DNA of 64,000 nt from Phaeosaccion multiseriatum (GCA_965112735.1 OZ218955.1:1550001-1614000), one strand, 5' to 3'. Counted from the first letter of the stretch, positions 1-17,514 are shown. The notes: a model not told the origin generated them from the letters alone. Translations and numbers: made by a program.

Positions 1-64
1 CTGCCCATGCACCCATCCTTTCCTTTCCTCCTTTCCTTTCCTTTCCTTTCTCTGAGCTGTATAG

Positions 65-1979
65 GAGAACGCAGACCCAAACGAGCTCGGAGGGCATTGC
101 AGCCCCGGGATACATCCGGGCAGAAAATGTTCGCTGCTTGTTCCCTCGCAGCACAGGTAGCTGGTTCTTCTCTCTCTTCAACGTGCAGCCAGAAAACTCC
201 CCACAGCAGCAGGGACTCTGGGACGCCTCCTTCTATGTCGAGGGCAATGGGCCCGTCGCCCTCGTGGGGGAAAGCGGCAGTGGAAAGACGTGAGTTTGGG
301 GGGGGGGGGGGGGGGGACTAGAACCAATTGCACTGCTGTCCTACCCACCGCTGCTGGATGTAGTTGAGTCTTTGTTTCCCCACTGCAGTACCCTAGTGCT
401 CCATCCAGTTTCTGTATCAGTTTATTGGCCCGTTGCCACTTGGGGGGGGGGGGGCGGATGCTCCAGAACGTGGACCCGTTCTTGCAATAAGCTCGGGGCG
501 GTTTGTACGGAGACTGCGGTGGATAGAACCCCCTCACTCTACGTCCTAGTTGGTGTCGCGTCCGAAGCCCGCTTGCTATCACGTCAACCAACAAGCTTCC
601 TGCCCCCCGCTGAGCTTTTACTGACAGCGAACTGCAGCCGACTAGGGCTGCCTCCTCCTCTGAAGCAGGCACTTACTTCTTCATACCCACCTCTCCTTCT
701 CCGACTCACCTTCTCCGTCTTGCTCGCTCAGTACGGTGCTAAAGCTCCTCGCAGGGATGTACTCCCCCACCCCCATCGCCTCGTCCTCGTCGTCATCATC
801 GTCGCCCGAAGCTCCACCCCCGCCACCTGCCTCCTCCTCCTCCTCCTCCTCCTCCTCCTCCTCCTCCTCCTCCTCCTCCTCCGTGCTTGACATGAACGGC
901 GGCCTGCTGGGCACGGCCGAGCTCTACGGAGTGGACAACACGAGCAAGCACGCCCCGCTGCCCCCTCGCGTGCCCCTCACCACCTTGGTCCTGCGGGAAA
1001 TGGCCAAGGCCGAAGCAGAGGCCAGCGCAAGTGCTGCTGCTGCTAAAGCTACTGCTACTGCTGCTTCTGGTGATGTTGATGAGGATGATGATGTATCGCC
1101 ATCTGCTACAGATGGTGGTGGTGGTGGTGGTGGTGGTGGTGGTGGTGGTGGCAGTGGTGGTGCAGCCGCCGAAAAGCAACAGGGTGTTGTTCGCCTACGA
1201 CGCGGTGACGTAGCAACAGGTGATGTTAAAGCAGCAGCAGCAGCAGCGGCGGCGGCGGCGGCGGCACGGAGGGAGCTTGAGCTGTGGGAGCTAAGCCGAC
1301 ACGTGGACGGGGCTACACTCTCCACCCCGGGGGACTTGAACAGGAGCGATTACCTGCGAATGGCGCTGTGCTTGGCCACCGTCAGAGCAAGGGCCAAGAG
1401 ACACGCGCAGATGGCACTTCAACAACAACAGCCGCCCGTTGATGCTACAGCAGCAGCTGCAGCAGTTGGTGATACAGCGGGGCCAGAGGCAGCGGTGACA
1501 GAAGCGTCGGTGGGAGAGTCAGCAACGAACTCTCCACCTTCCTCGACTCGGAAACCTTCCTCCCTCTTCCCGCCGGTTCTGTGTCTGGACGAGCTGCTCG
1601 ATACAGAAGACCCCCGAGGTAGGGTAGGGTGGGGTAGGGTAGGGTAGGGTAGGGTAGGGTAGGGTAGGGTAGGGTGGGGTAGGGTGGGGTAGGGTAGGGT
1701 AGGGTAGGGTAGGGTAGGGTAGGGTGGGGTAGGGTGGGGTGGGGTAGGGTGGGGTAGGGTGGGGTGGGGTAGGGTAGGAGGTGTATCGGGCAAGTAGGCT
1801 TGAGCAAGTACCGACGTGAGGCGGGCGAGCAGGTAGTGCTCGTCGGTACTTGCTCGAGCGCCCCTCCTCTTTGACACATACATGCGTTGTCTCTCTCTCT
1901 CTCTCTCTGTGTGCATGTGTGTGTGTGTGTGCATGTGTGCGTGTGTGTGTGTGTGTGTGTGCGCGTGTGTGTGTGTGCA

Positions 1980-2018
<39 letters not shown>

Positions 2019-2980
2019 ATGTGTGCGTGTGTGTGTGTGTGTGTGCGTGTGTGTGTGCGCGCGTGTGTGTGTGTGCGTGTGTGTTCTGCTACCTTCGCTG
2101 TCCTTCCGGCGTGGCCCTTGTCCGAATAGTGCGAGTATTGGTGGAGGGCACCATCAAGCGACTGTGCGACGCCAACGAGCTCATGGTGAGTGAGTGCTCA
2201 CTACGCCACACGAGACAGCCCCACCTCCAAAGCTCCCTCACTCACTCCCGCTCCCTCTCCCTCTCTCTCGCTCTCTCTCTCTCTCTCTCTTATTGTCCTC
2301 TCTCTCGTGGTCTCTCCCCTCTCTCCCTCTGTCGTCTCATTCCCTCCCTTCCGTTCTCTCTCCTTCCCTTCTGTCTCTCCCTCCCTCCGTCCTTTGCCCT
2401 GTCTTCCTCTCTCTCCCACCCCCTCACCCCCTTTGCCTCCCCTCCCTCCCTCCTTCGCATCACCAGGTGGTCTTCTCCTCCCACAGCATGCAGCATGTCC
2501 TCTCCATGACTTCGTCGCCAAAGGGAAACTGTCACATTCTGACCATCTCCAAGGGAAGAGTTACACAGGTAGGTACACATACACACACCCCACACAGGCA
2601 GACACAATACTATCTATATACCTAGTTAAGTTTCAGTCTCAGTATTTATTTGCCCGGTCTGGGTTGTGAGTCTCTGTTGCTGTCTATCTCTGTTGTCAAC
2701 AAGGTCTGCCGTTGTCACTGCTCTCCTGAGTCACGGCATGAACACGTCCCGCCAACATCCCCTTCCCCCGGTCCCGCTCGCCCTGCCTTCCCTCTTCCCT
2801 TTACGTGCTGACTGTGTCTCGCTGGCCTCCCTCCCTCCTTGGCTGCCTGCCTGCCTATCGTTGCTTCATTGGCATACGGAGCAGGTATCCCCCGGGGGCA
2901 AGAAGTGCCTCTACATGCAGCTGAGGGGATCGACTTCGGATGCGGAGTATGACGCTATTGTTAAAGGCTGGAAAGGCTGA
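65..2980 (+). CDS. ABC-type ATPase (nucleotide-binding domain) with degenerate signature motif; 5'-partial, spliced
   Basis: Exons ~65-289, 732-1618, 2130-2185, 2467-2568 and 2885-2980 join in frame at GT-AG sites. Protein: YIRAENV...GLWDASFYVEGNGPVALVGESGSGKT|TVLKLLAGMYSP (Walker A), LNRSDYLRMALCLA (signature position), VLCLDE (Walker B), DPR|VRVLVEGTIKRL, VVFSSHSM (H-loop), HILTISKGRV. Confidence 0.85.
1619..1777. repeat. (GGGTA/GGGGT)n pentanucleotide array at an intron 5' end
   Basis: Directly visible tandem repeat that starts at the GT donor (1619). Confidence 0.95.
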
Positions 2981-3630
2981 CATCATCAATGGGTTCGAGG
3001 GTTGGAAAGCCTAACAACGCATCACTCATTCATCCCATCAGATGGAGGAAGGTGACTGGATTCTTCAAGCACTCCATACCCACACGGAAGGAAGGCTTTG
3101 AAAAATGCCTTTGTCTTTCTTTTCCACGTTGGCGCTCTCTGTCCGGTGCTCACCTCCTTCGCAAGGCTGCCGCGAAGAGCGATGCCAAGCGTAGCAAAGC
3201 ACAACTCAAAGCGTGGAGGCATGTTGGCCAGCACAAGACAACGGAAGGCATATCGGTCATCTACAATAGCTGTGCAAACCGCGCTGCCCTCTGCTGCTAC
3301 TACTGCTTCCTTCGACTCCCTATTGGCGCGAGGACGGGAAGTCTGTGTGAAGCAGGGCTGCGTCCCTTTCCTTCCTTCGTGAGGGCGCGGAGCTCTGTCG
3401 AGACCCTCCAACACCAAAAGCACCAGCATCAGCAGTTGGTGATGCAGCAGCACCTCGGCTTAAGTCCCGCTCACGCTCGACTCAATTGTGCCGAATTGAT
3501 TGTAAGAGGCAGCAGCGGCTCAGCAGCGCCTGTAAGAAGCGAGGGACAGAGAGAGAGGGAGGGAGGGAGGGGAGGACGGGGACGGAGGAAGAGAGGGAGG
3601 GAGGGAGTCACGCGCACGCACACGGTGACT

Positions 3631-3698
3631 CGCACTCCGAGCACTATACAGTTACAGAACGCACTCCGAGCACTATACAGTTACAGAACGCACTCCGA
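3631..3698. repeat. 29-bp tandem duplication (CGCACTCCGAGCACTATACAGTTACAGAA x2.3)
   Basis: Directly visible; intergenic between two convergent genes. Confidence 0.9.
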
Positions 3699-4426
3699 AG
3701 CTGAGTAGTGACGGCCGAAGTTGGCGTCTTTGGAGGAGGAGGGACGGGGGTGCATGTACGTGAAGAGGGATCCCTTTCTCGATGGTCGTTGGACTCGATG
3801 CTCGTTGGCTCGCACTCTCCCTCCACATACAGCCCTGACATGTGTGAAGGAAGTGAGGCCGGGAGTGTTTACAGCCACCACACCCACACCCCTACGGCGC
3901 GCCCAATCGGCAGTACGCACAACAACAAAAAACATCGACTGTCGTACGGATCGATCTTGCGGATCGATAGGATCGATATTGGTTGGAGGTCTAGTGGGAT
4001 TGAAAGAATATTAAGAGTGTCGACCTTCTGTACGATAGGTGGGGGTGGGTCTGTTGTAAGGGCAGCAAACAACCCCACCCACCACACAGCGAGGCAGAGG
4101 AGAGAGGCGAGGCGGAAACCAACGGGGCACGATCCTTCTTCCTTACTCCCATCTCGCAAAGCGCTGCTTTGTGTGTTTATTAAGTAACATCCATGCTGTA
4201 TATCCTATCATGGAGCACGCACTTATGAGAGGGTATCGAAGTGCTACAACACAAGCACGGCACCACCCTATATATAAACCCTCTCCCTTTCTCCCTCTTT
4301 TACCTCTCTCGTTCTCCCTCTTCACTTCTCTCTCTCTCTCCCTTCTTTCCTCTATGCCTCGCTCCCTCCTTCCCTCCCTCCCTCCTCTCTCCTCAGTCAA
4401 CCAGCCAGACCCCAAACTTTCAACTG

Positions 4427-5339
4427 CTAAAAGTATCCTCCAAAGCGCGCCTTGGTAAAGCTAATCCCCAGAGGCGTCTCCCACCCCTTGATAGCCTTGA
4501 GCTCCTGGAAAGTCAACACGCTCAATACGCTGCCCGCCTTGCCTTGCCGCCCCGTCCGACCGGCAATGTGAATGTACTCGTCAGGACTTCGGGGTCTGGA
4601 CATGCAAAACACTACATCCACGTCGTCGAAATGCAGTCCCCTGGCCGAATCTTGGGAAGTCACCAGCAGCGGCGGCTCCTCATCCCCCAACAAATCTTCA
4701 TCGTTCAAGTCCTCTGGAAAGAGTGCCTGCGCCGCCGCTAGTGCCTGGTCCGGATTCTCGTGTCCTTCCTGCTGCTGCTCCTGCTGCCCCTGCCCCTGTC
4801 CCCCCCCGCCCTGCTTCTTGAGGTTCTGAACCAAGTTGTCATGCATAGACATGGCTACTGATCCCGCTCCAATCTGCCCCTGTCTGCCCCCCGCCCCCCC
4901 CATACCTCCACTCACAAAGCCCAGTGCGTCGTGTAAAGCGATGGCCTTACCGTAGCCGTGCAACCTCAACAGTCTCACCACCTCGCTGACTTTCTCGTTG
5001 GGTGGCACAAACACCAGGGGGCGCGCCGGACCCAAGAAGCGCAAACTCTGCATCAACGCTTCCACCTTCTCCTCCAAATCACCCCTCACAACTGGCACAA
5101 CGTAGTGCTTAATCTGCTTCGGGATGGTCACCGCTCTGGAGGTGGAAATGTCCATGTCTTTCTCCTCTCTTATCACCTCTAAGTCGCTCATACTGTCCAA
5201 GCTAAGGCAGGCGGTGAGCTCCCTCCTTAAGGGGCGGCCGATGGTAGCCGAGCAGCCGATGAACTGGAATCTGTTTCGTAGAGTTTTGGTGTGTGTGTGT
5301 GTATGCGTGCGTGTGGGTGCGGGTGGGGTGGGTGCGTGC

Positions 5340-5377
<38 letters not shown>

Positions 5378-5807
5378 GGGGGGGTGCGGGTGGGATGGGT
5401 GCGTGCCATGTGTGTGTGAGTGTGTGAGCGCGCGCGTACAACGAGCGGTGGCATCGTGTGGCGCTTGCCTGCTCTGCTCTGCCCTGTCACCAAGAGCCGT
5501 AGTTACCGCCCTCTGTCTCCAACTGCTGTACTCTTGTCAGACACCCACACACCCGCAAACGCACCCACATTCCCCACCCACACCCACCCACACCCACCAA
5601 CACCAATATCCCATACACACCCACGAAAGACACCCACTCACACATGCACACACATCACTCACTCACTCCCACATACACACAACACACATACACACTCTTA
5701 CCTACCCACACCCACATATACACACACGCACACACGCACGCGCACACGCACACCCACACAAACACACCCACCCACACGCACACACACGCCCCCTACACAC
5801 ACACAAA

Positions 5808-5856
<49 letters not shown>

Positions 5857-8386
5857 GCCCTTGACGTCTTGCGTGCCCCCCGTGGCGAGCGAGATGGCAT
5901 TCACCACCTCCACCACAGGTCGGACGTGCCGCTTACGATTGTTCACCGTGCGGAAAGTGGCGTACTTGGAGAGAGAGTCAGTCATGCGATCGACTTCATC
6001 GGCCACAAGCACGCGCACACGCGACAGGATGGTGGAGCGCATTTGCGTTTGAGTCTTGAGGAACACGTTGCTGAGTACCTGTTGTCAGTGAGGGGGCGTG
6101 TCAGTCAAAACGTAGGAGGGTGAGGCAAACAGGCATGTGTGGTGGAGGGGAGGGGAGGAGAGGTGAGGGGAGGTGGTGGGTGTACGTACCTGGTGTTAAT
6201 GAGGGGGGGTGTCATATAGGAGGGGGAAGGGTGAGGGGAGGTGGGTGGTAGTACATGGTGTCACAGTCAAGTCAGACAAGTGTCAGACAGTCAGACGGAC
6301 AGACACACACACAGACAGACTGACAGACAGACAGACAGACGGACGGAGGTGAGGCAAACATATTTGAAGTAAGTAAGGCGGGTCTGTATGAATGAATGAA
6401 TCACGCTTTGGTGGCACATGTGACACATGGAAAGGAAAGTGGGTGAGGTGGGCATTACGAGTACTCGGTGCCAGGAGGCGAGGTGGGTATGAATGCTTGG
6501 TGTCAGGAGGTGAGGTGCGACTGAGTCACAATCTTCGTACCTTGGCAGTGCCCACCACCATGGGTGCGTGTATCCGAGGTAGTGAGGGCGCCGAGTCGTC
6601 ATGTACAAGCAGCTCCACCAGATCCGTGGACCCCCCTCCAAGGAGGACAGCTTCCCGTGCGATCTGCACGGCGAGTTCTCTCGTTGGGACGGCGATGACG
6701 ATCTGTGGGAGGGGGGTGGGAGAGGGAGGGAGGGGGGGAGGGAGAGGGAGGGAGGGGGTGGGGGTGGGGGTGAGGAGGAGGAGGAGGACGAGGAGGAAGC
6801 GGAGGGGGAGGAGGAGGCGGAGGAGGAGGAGGAGGAGGAGGAGGAGGAGGAGGAGGAGGAGGAGGAGCAGGAGGAGGAGGAGGAGGAGCAGGAGGAGGAG
6901 GAGGAGGAGGAGGAGGAGGAGGAGGAGGAGGAGGAGGAGGAGGAGGAGGAGGAGGAGCAGGAGGAGGAGGAGGAGGAGGAGCAGGAGGAGGAGGAGGAGG
7001 AGGAGGAGGAGGGGTGGCACCATACGACACCAACAACAGGTATGACTCGCTGTCACCAACAGCAGTTGGTGATGCAGCAGCGACGACTTGAGAGGCCCGC
7101 CAAGGAGGGAGGGAGGGACGGAGAAAGCCTCCCTCCCCCAACTGGCAATCTGGCGACAACCAACGAACCAACCTGCATGGGCGACTCCAGTGAGCAGGCC
7201 TGCATGAGTGGCAGCAAGAAGGCGAGCGTCTTGCCGCTGCCCGTGGTGGCATGCAACAGCACATCATCCCCCTGCAGGATCTTGCCCATCCCCATGCTCT
7301 GAATAGGCGTGGGTGCGGTTATGCCCGCCGCTGCCAGACAATTGGCCGCCGGGCTGCGGATCGTCAGAGGACCAAACTTCAGCTCCATCTGCTTGTTGGC
7401 GTACGGACTCTCCTCTTTGCCCTGGCCCTTGCCCTGGCTGATGGCGACAGTGGCTGCCCCTCCTGCTCCTGCTCCTGCTCCTGTTGAGCCGTCCAAGCGC
7501 TCGACAATCTTGGAAGGTATCTCCTGAACGCCCACCTTCCTCCTTCCGTAAACGTCGTCCTTCCCCTTTAAGAAGGGGGCGTAGAAAGGCTCCTTCACAT
7601 CACTCGGGCGGACGGCAGCACCCCCCCCCTCCTCCTCCTCTTCCTTCTCCTGTATCACCACATTCCCTTGGCCACGCAGCTCCGTCTTTCGCTTGTCCAT
7701 CCTTTGCTTCCGCTTCAGTGCCCCTTCCAATGACCGCTGCCTGTTCAGCTCCTTCTGCTGTGCTTTGGTCAGACCTGTGCCCCCCCCAGCCTGCTCCCCC
7801 GCTCCCCCCTTTCCTCCCCCATCTCCTCCTCCTCCAGTAGCAGCAGTAGAAGGGGCAGAAGTTGTAGCGGCGCTTTGCCCGATGCTCACCGCCGCCTCAG
7901 AAGAAGGAGAAGGCGGAGGATTGCGAAGCATGCCATTGTCGTCAATATCGAGGTCGAAATCGATCCCATCGGCTTCCACGTCCTTAATGAGTGCCTCCAG
8001 ATCAAAGCCCAAATCATCATCATCCTCATCATCATCATCATCCTCATCCTCCTCATCATACCGCCCCATATCCACCTCATCCCCACCACCGCCCAAGCCG
8101 AGCCCGAGCCCAGTAAGGTCAACCTCTCCCTCCTCCGACACTTGAGCCCCCTGCAGCTCAGCCTCTCGAACGAGTTCATCCAACTCGAGCTCCTCCTCTA
8201 GTGACTGCCGCTCGGTGTCCTCCTCCTCTCCCTCCACCCCCTCTGCCCCCACCGCCAGCTTGATGGACTGGGCAGCGTTGGCGGCTTCTCCTTCCACGTA
8301 CATACACTCCACAAGCCCTCTGCGGTGCATATTCATCAATGCCAGGCCTCCCTCCTCCTCCTCCTCGTCCTCCTCCTTCCCCGTCT

Positions 8387-8425
<39 letters not shown>

Positions 8426-9527
8426 GGTCGGCGGAGAGGGAGTGCAGCATGACGAGGTTATCCACTTGTACGTGCTGCTCCGCCAGAGCCAAAGCCTGCG
8501 CGGCTGTTGTGGGGAAGTTGGCGAGTACCCAGGCCTTGCTTTCCCCTCCGTCCCCCCCATCGAATGACAATTGCTTCACTCGCTCCGCAACCGCCCTGGC
8601 TTTGACCTTGTCTGTCTTTCGCCCCTTCTTCCCTTTGAGCAGCTCATCCACACACACAACCTCGGCGTCGTAAATCGCACCCAATTCTCTGGCCACCTCC
8701 ATTGAGCCCTGGGCCCCCACCACGGCAATACCGAGCGCCGCCTTTGGGGCCGTCAGTGAGCCTTCTTCACCTTCCTCCTGCTCCGCCCTGCTGCTTCGTA
8801 ACGCCATCACAGCAGAAAAGCGCCACGAAAAAGCCGCCTTCCCGCTCCTTCCCCAGAAGACAGGCTGCGTATTTCCTCCTCCTGGTGTTGCTGCTGCTGC
8901 TGCTGCTGCTCCGGTATCTCCAGCTGCTGCCACCGGTGCCCCCCTGAGCCTTCGCTTGGTACCACTACCCACGAAGACCCACGCGGCGCTCGAAGAAGAC
9001 GTTGCGGTTGAGGACACGTGCGTCCTGGGAGGGGAGAGAGACAAGGGGATGGAAGGGAGGGAGACGAGAAGAGACAGAGTGGTGTGTGGATTACAGCCAA
9101 GGAGGTATTAGTCCGTCGAGTCGCATAAAAGTGAAAGGAGAGAGAGACAGGGTGCGGAGCTGGTAAAGGAAGCGAAGAAAGCGGGAAGATGGGGCCCGAT
9201 GAGTCACACAACAGGCAGAGTGCTGATGGAAGGACGGAGAGCCCCTTGTCCCAAAAATGAGTCGTACTTAAGCCGCTTACACTCTCGATGCTCCTGTTGC
9301 AAACCCACAGCGCCGCCCGCTTACCTTCTCCCTTGTGTACCGATTCGGTTGACGCAGTTCCCATCCATGGAGCTGCTGCTGCGGCCCTGTGGCTGTGATC
9401 CACACACCCCTCCCGCGCCAAGCCACGAGTCCACAGGTGATGCGAGAAGGGCCAGAGTCACAACACTGAGCCTCGCCGATGAGCCCATTGCCTCGCTACG
9501 CTTCTGGGTACTCCTTACCCTCCTCAT
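4427..9527 (-). CDS. DEAD-box RNA helicase with an N-terminal degenerate adenylate-kinase-like domain and a putative targeting presequence
   Basis: Exons ~9527-9325, ~9025-7173, 6702-6541, 6078-5855 and 5270-4427. Motifs: Q motif (GITAPTPIQ), I (ATTGSGKT), Ia (PTRELAVQ), Ib (VVGT), II (DEVD), III (SAT), IV (LVFV), V (SARGLHF), VI (HIAGRTGR). The upstream segment [13 protein letters not shown] resembles the AK motif xLDGFPRT..QA. Start codon uncertain (9527 or 9488). Confidence 0.9.
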
Positions 9528-9979
9528 CCTTGTATTCTTTTTCTTTGTAGCTGTTGATTAACAGGGGGAGCGAGGGATCCAGTTTCAGTTTCGGGCGCGA
9601 CGTTTGTTTTCCTTGACTTCCTCCCCTTTCCCTCTTTCCCAACCATTGGGCGTTTTAAGCAAATGTAACATTGTATTGCATGGGATTGGAAGTGAGGAGT
9701 AGTTGGTCGTGTTGTTTCTTTCCGCCTCGCTGGCCCTACGAGGAGTGCAGGCCTACAGGTGTGCTGCTACCCACTGGCTGGGCGGCACCACGCACGCGCC
9801 CACGGTCACTGGGAGGCTGCCTAGAGGCGGGCTAGCTAGAGGCCGCCTAGGACTGAAAAGTGAGCGGCCTAGAGCAAAACCGCTAGGCGTGTGAATGGGG
9901 CTGATATTCACAGCCCATCTATTCGCAGCACCCTTCACCAGCTCACCTCTGCCTCTTCCTCTTCCCACTGCCACAACAC

Positions 9980-10661
9980 CTATCCATTTGTGGCACCCTT
10001 CTTACTCTTCTCTGCCTGTTCCTCTTCCCACTGCCCAACCGCTTCATCCCACAACACGAACTTCTCCGACGCGAGGTCCATTGCCTGCCCACAGTGGCTC
10101 AGCAGTGCCTCCGTCTTGGAGAAGAGTAGGGCCGCAGTAGATGCTTGCGTAGAGTGCTTCGCGGCCATGGCATCGAGGCGGGCGGTAAAGGCCGGAATGT
10201 CTGCAAGGGGAGGGGGGAGGGAGGAGGGAGGGAGGGAGGAGAGGGAGGGGAGGCAGAAGGACAAGCCAGGATGAAAGACCAACACGAGGGTGAAAAACAG
10301 GGTAAATCACACTCGAGTACGTAAGGAGTAGGGCAATGTAGGTATATAGCTGGCCCTCCCTCCCCATGGCCCAAAGGTAGGGAGGGCAGCGTAGACAGCT
10401 CAAGCCCACCTTGGAGATAGGGCTGGTTGATATGGCTCTTGAGCTTGTGCACGGCCGACAAGTGCCGTGCCGAGTCCTCCACGCCGCCTCTGCCCGCGCA
10501 TATGAGTCGCTCCTTGGCCTCTAGGCTCTCCGCACTACCCAGAGGGTAGCCTGCACTGCGCAGCTGAGGAGCCAGCGAGGTGACTGAGACAGAGAGAAGG
10601 AGGTGGGTGGGGGGGCGGGGGACGGAGAGGGGAGTTGAGAAAGCGAGGAGGGGAGGGAGAA

Positions 10662-10701
<40 letters not shown>

Positions 10702-11126
10702 TTAATGGATGCTTCTTTTCATCTATGCCTGACCACTTTCAAGACCGGCCATCTCTTACCTAACCGTTGGATCTCCTTGAGGTCCTTGCACGACTCCTCC
10801 ATCTTCACTATGCCCTGCCTCAGCTGGCGAATCTTGTCCACAAGATGTCTCTTCTCCTCTGCTTGCCCCGTCCCTGCCCCCCCCTTCTCTCTATCTGCCG
10901 TTGCAGCTCCTCCTTCATCTGTTTCTGCATCTCCATCTCCTCCTCCTCCTCCTCCTCCTCCTCCTCCCCGTGCTGCTGCGGCTGCTATTGATCCTCTCAG
11001 TGGATATGGCACTCCCAGACTTGCAGCCTCCACAGCCTCCGGTGATGTCCTTGCCTCTCCTAGCAGAAGCCTTTCCAGCCTATCCAGCCGCCGAACCAGA
11101 AACACTCCTCGCTCTCTCTCTTCCAT
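9980..11126 (-). CDS. DCTN3: Dynactin subunit p22/p24-like
   Basis: Three exons (~11126-10736, ~10564-10411, ~10200-9980) give RRLDRLERLLLG...EAKERLI...HINQPYLQ|DIPAFTARLDAM...ASEKFVLWDEAV, which matches the DCTN3 family pattern as I recall it. Confidence 0.7.
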
Positions 11127-11483
11127 TGTCTACTCCTTCTATTTCTCCTGACCAGGTGGACAGATCCCCGTCAGACACGCAGCGACCACCACCACCACCA
11201 CCACTACCACAACAACAACAACAACAACAACAAAAACAACGGCCAACACCTGATGCAAAAAGAGAGGATGGAAAGGAAGCAAATTGGAAAAGGGCAATTA
11301 GAAAAGAGGACAACCCATTAGTAAGTCAATGAATATTGAGCTCGATATTTGGACTCGATATTTTGACAGTTGGGACCCATCAAAAAGGGAGAGCTGGAAG
11401 ATTAGGCGTAAGCCTCTCTAATGTACACCTGCCTTGCGTAGCTCCCTTTTTACACCAGAGAGGAGCATAATTGCGGCAGGAAG

Positions 11484-15958
<4,475 letters not shown>

Positions 15959-15965
<7 letters not shown>

Positions 15966-16231
15966 GTAGCTGAGTATTTGAGTACATGAATAGCTGAGTA
16001 TTTGAGTACATGAATAGCTGAGTATTTGAGTACATGAATAGCTGAGTATTTGAGTACATGAATAGCTATTTGAGTACATGAATAGCTGAGTATTTGAGTA
16101 CATGAATAGCTGGGCAGCTGAGTACAGTAGCTGAGTATTTGAGTACATGAATAGCTGAGTATTTGAGTATAGTACATGAATAGCTGGGCAGCTGAGTAGC
16201 TGAGTATTTGAGTTATGAGTAGCTGAGTATT
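15959..16231. repeat. 24-bp minisatellite (TAGCTGAGTATTTGAGTACATGAA)n overlapping the stop codon/3' UTR
   Basis: About 8 full or partial copies with no unique spacers. Confidence 0.92.
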
Positions 16232-16797
16232 TTAGATTTAGTACGTAGATGAGTAGCTGTAGCTATCTGTCTAGCGCTAACTGTATCTGGCTGTCTAGCT
16301 GTGGAGCTGTCTGGGGGCCGAAGAGAGCGAAACCCCCGACTTATCCAACTACCGACTTGCATAGGGTGTACATAGAAATACATTAAAATAAATATGTATT
16401 ATGACAGTTATTTGATCTTTTAAAACTCGAAAAGCTCCTTCGCCATGCAACACTCATCCAACCTAATGCCAGTGCTGAGGACAACAGGGTGAAACAGTAA
16501 TAATAACAAAAATGGAAACAAAAACAGCACTATCCCTCGGTTTTTCCCTCTCCCCTCCCCCTTATTCAGTCACGCTCGTGTCGATCAAAATGATTCGCTG
16601 GCGATGGCTGCTCGGCTATGGCTTGGTCGCTTGGCTACACTCCCTCCCCATCACCATCACCATCACCATCGCCCACCTGCGCCTATTCATTCATTAATGC
16701 GTTGCCCCTTTAAGGCGGTGCCCTTGCCTCTTCCTCCTCTGGTGCCTCTCTTCCGCCTCCTTCTCCTTCGTCCTCTTCCTCTCCCTTCGTCCCCCTC

Positions 16798-17465
16798 CTA
16801 CTCCTCCTCCTCTTCCTCCTCCTCTCCCTCTACCTCCTCCTGCCCCCCCTCGTCGTCGTCGCCTTCCTTCTCGTCCTCCTCCTTCTTCTCGTCCTCCTCC
16901 TCCTTCTTCTCCTCCTTCTTCTCCTCCTCGTCCTCCTTCTCCTTCATCTCGTCGCCCCCCCGTATCTCCTTCTCCACCACCACCACATCGTCGTCCTCCT
17001 CTCCCTCACACATAAGGTGCCCTCCCCTCAGATCGACCGTGCCCTCCGTGAGATTGAAGAAGTATCCGGGAGGCAAATGATCAGCCACAAAGCATAGGCA
17101 CATAACCTGAGTCGAGAGGAGACAAAGCCGCAGAGGGAGAGAGGGTGGGAGAGAGAGAGAGAAGAGAGACAGGGGAGAGAGAGATGGAGATGGTAGAGAG
17201 AGGGGTGGAGAGAGAAGGGGGGGAGGCAGGGAGGGAGGAGGAAGAGACAGAGAGAAAGAGAGGAGAGAGAGAGAGAGGAGAGCGAGAGAGAGCGGAGACC
17301 CGCACCACAGCAGGGATAAAGGTCAGCGCGTGTCGTGTCTGCAGGGGCGGAGGGCAGGGGCGGCGCATGGGGCCCAAGGCGAGGAAGGCGGGGCAAGAGT
17401 GCACACACACGTACGTACACACGCACACATACATACATACATACATACGCACACACGCACACACG

Positions 17466-17502
<37 letters not shown>

Positions 17503-17514
17503 GCACACACGCAC

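Noticed and set aside
1619-1777. (TAGGG)n as a telomere or telomere-addition site
   Set aside because: It lies inside an intron whose flanking exons join in frame; it is one of many G-rich 5' intron repeats.
16245-16345. GATGAG...CGAAAC and a GGGGG/CCCCC stem as a possible hammerhead ribozyme
   Set aside because: There is no CTGANGA core with a compatible stem II and spacing.
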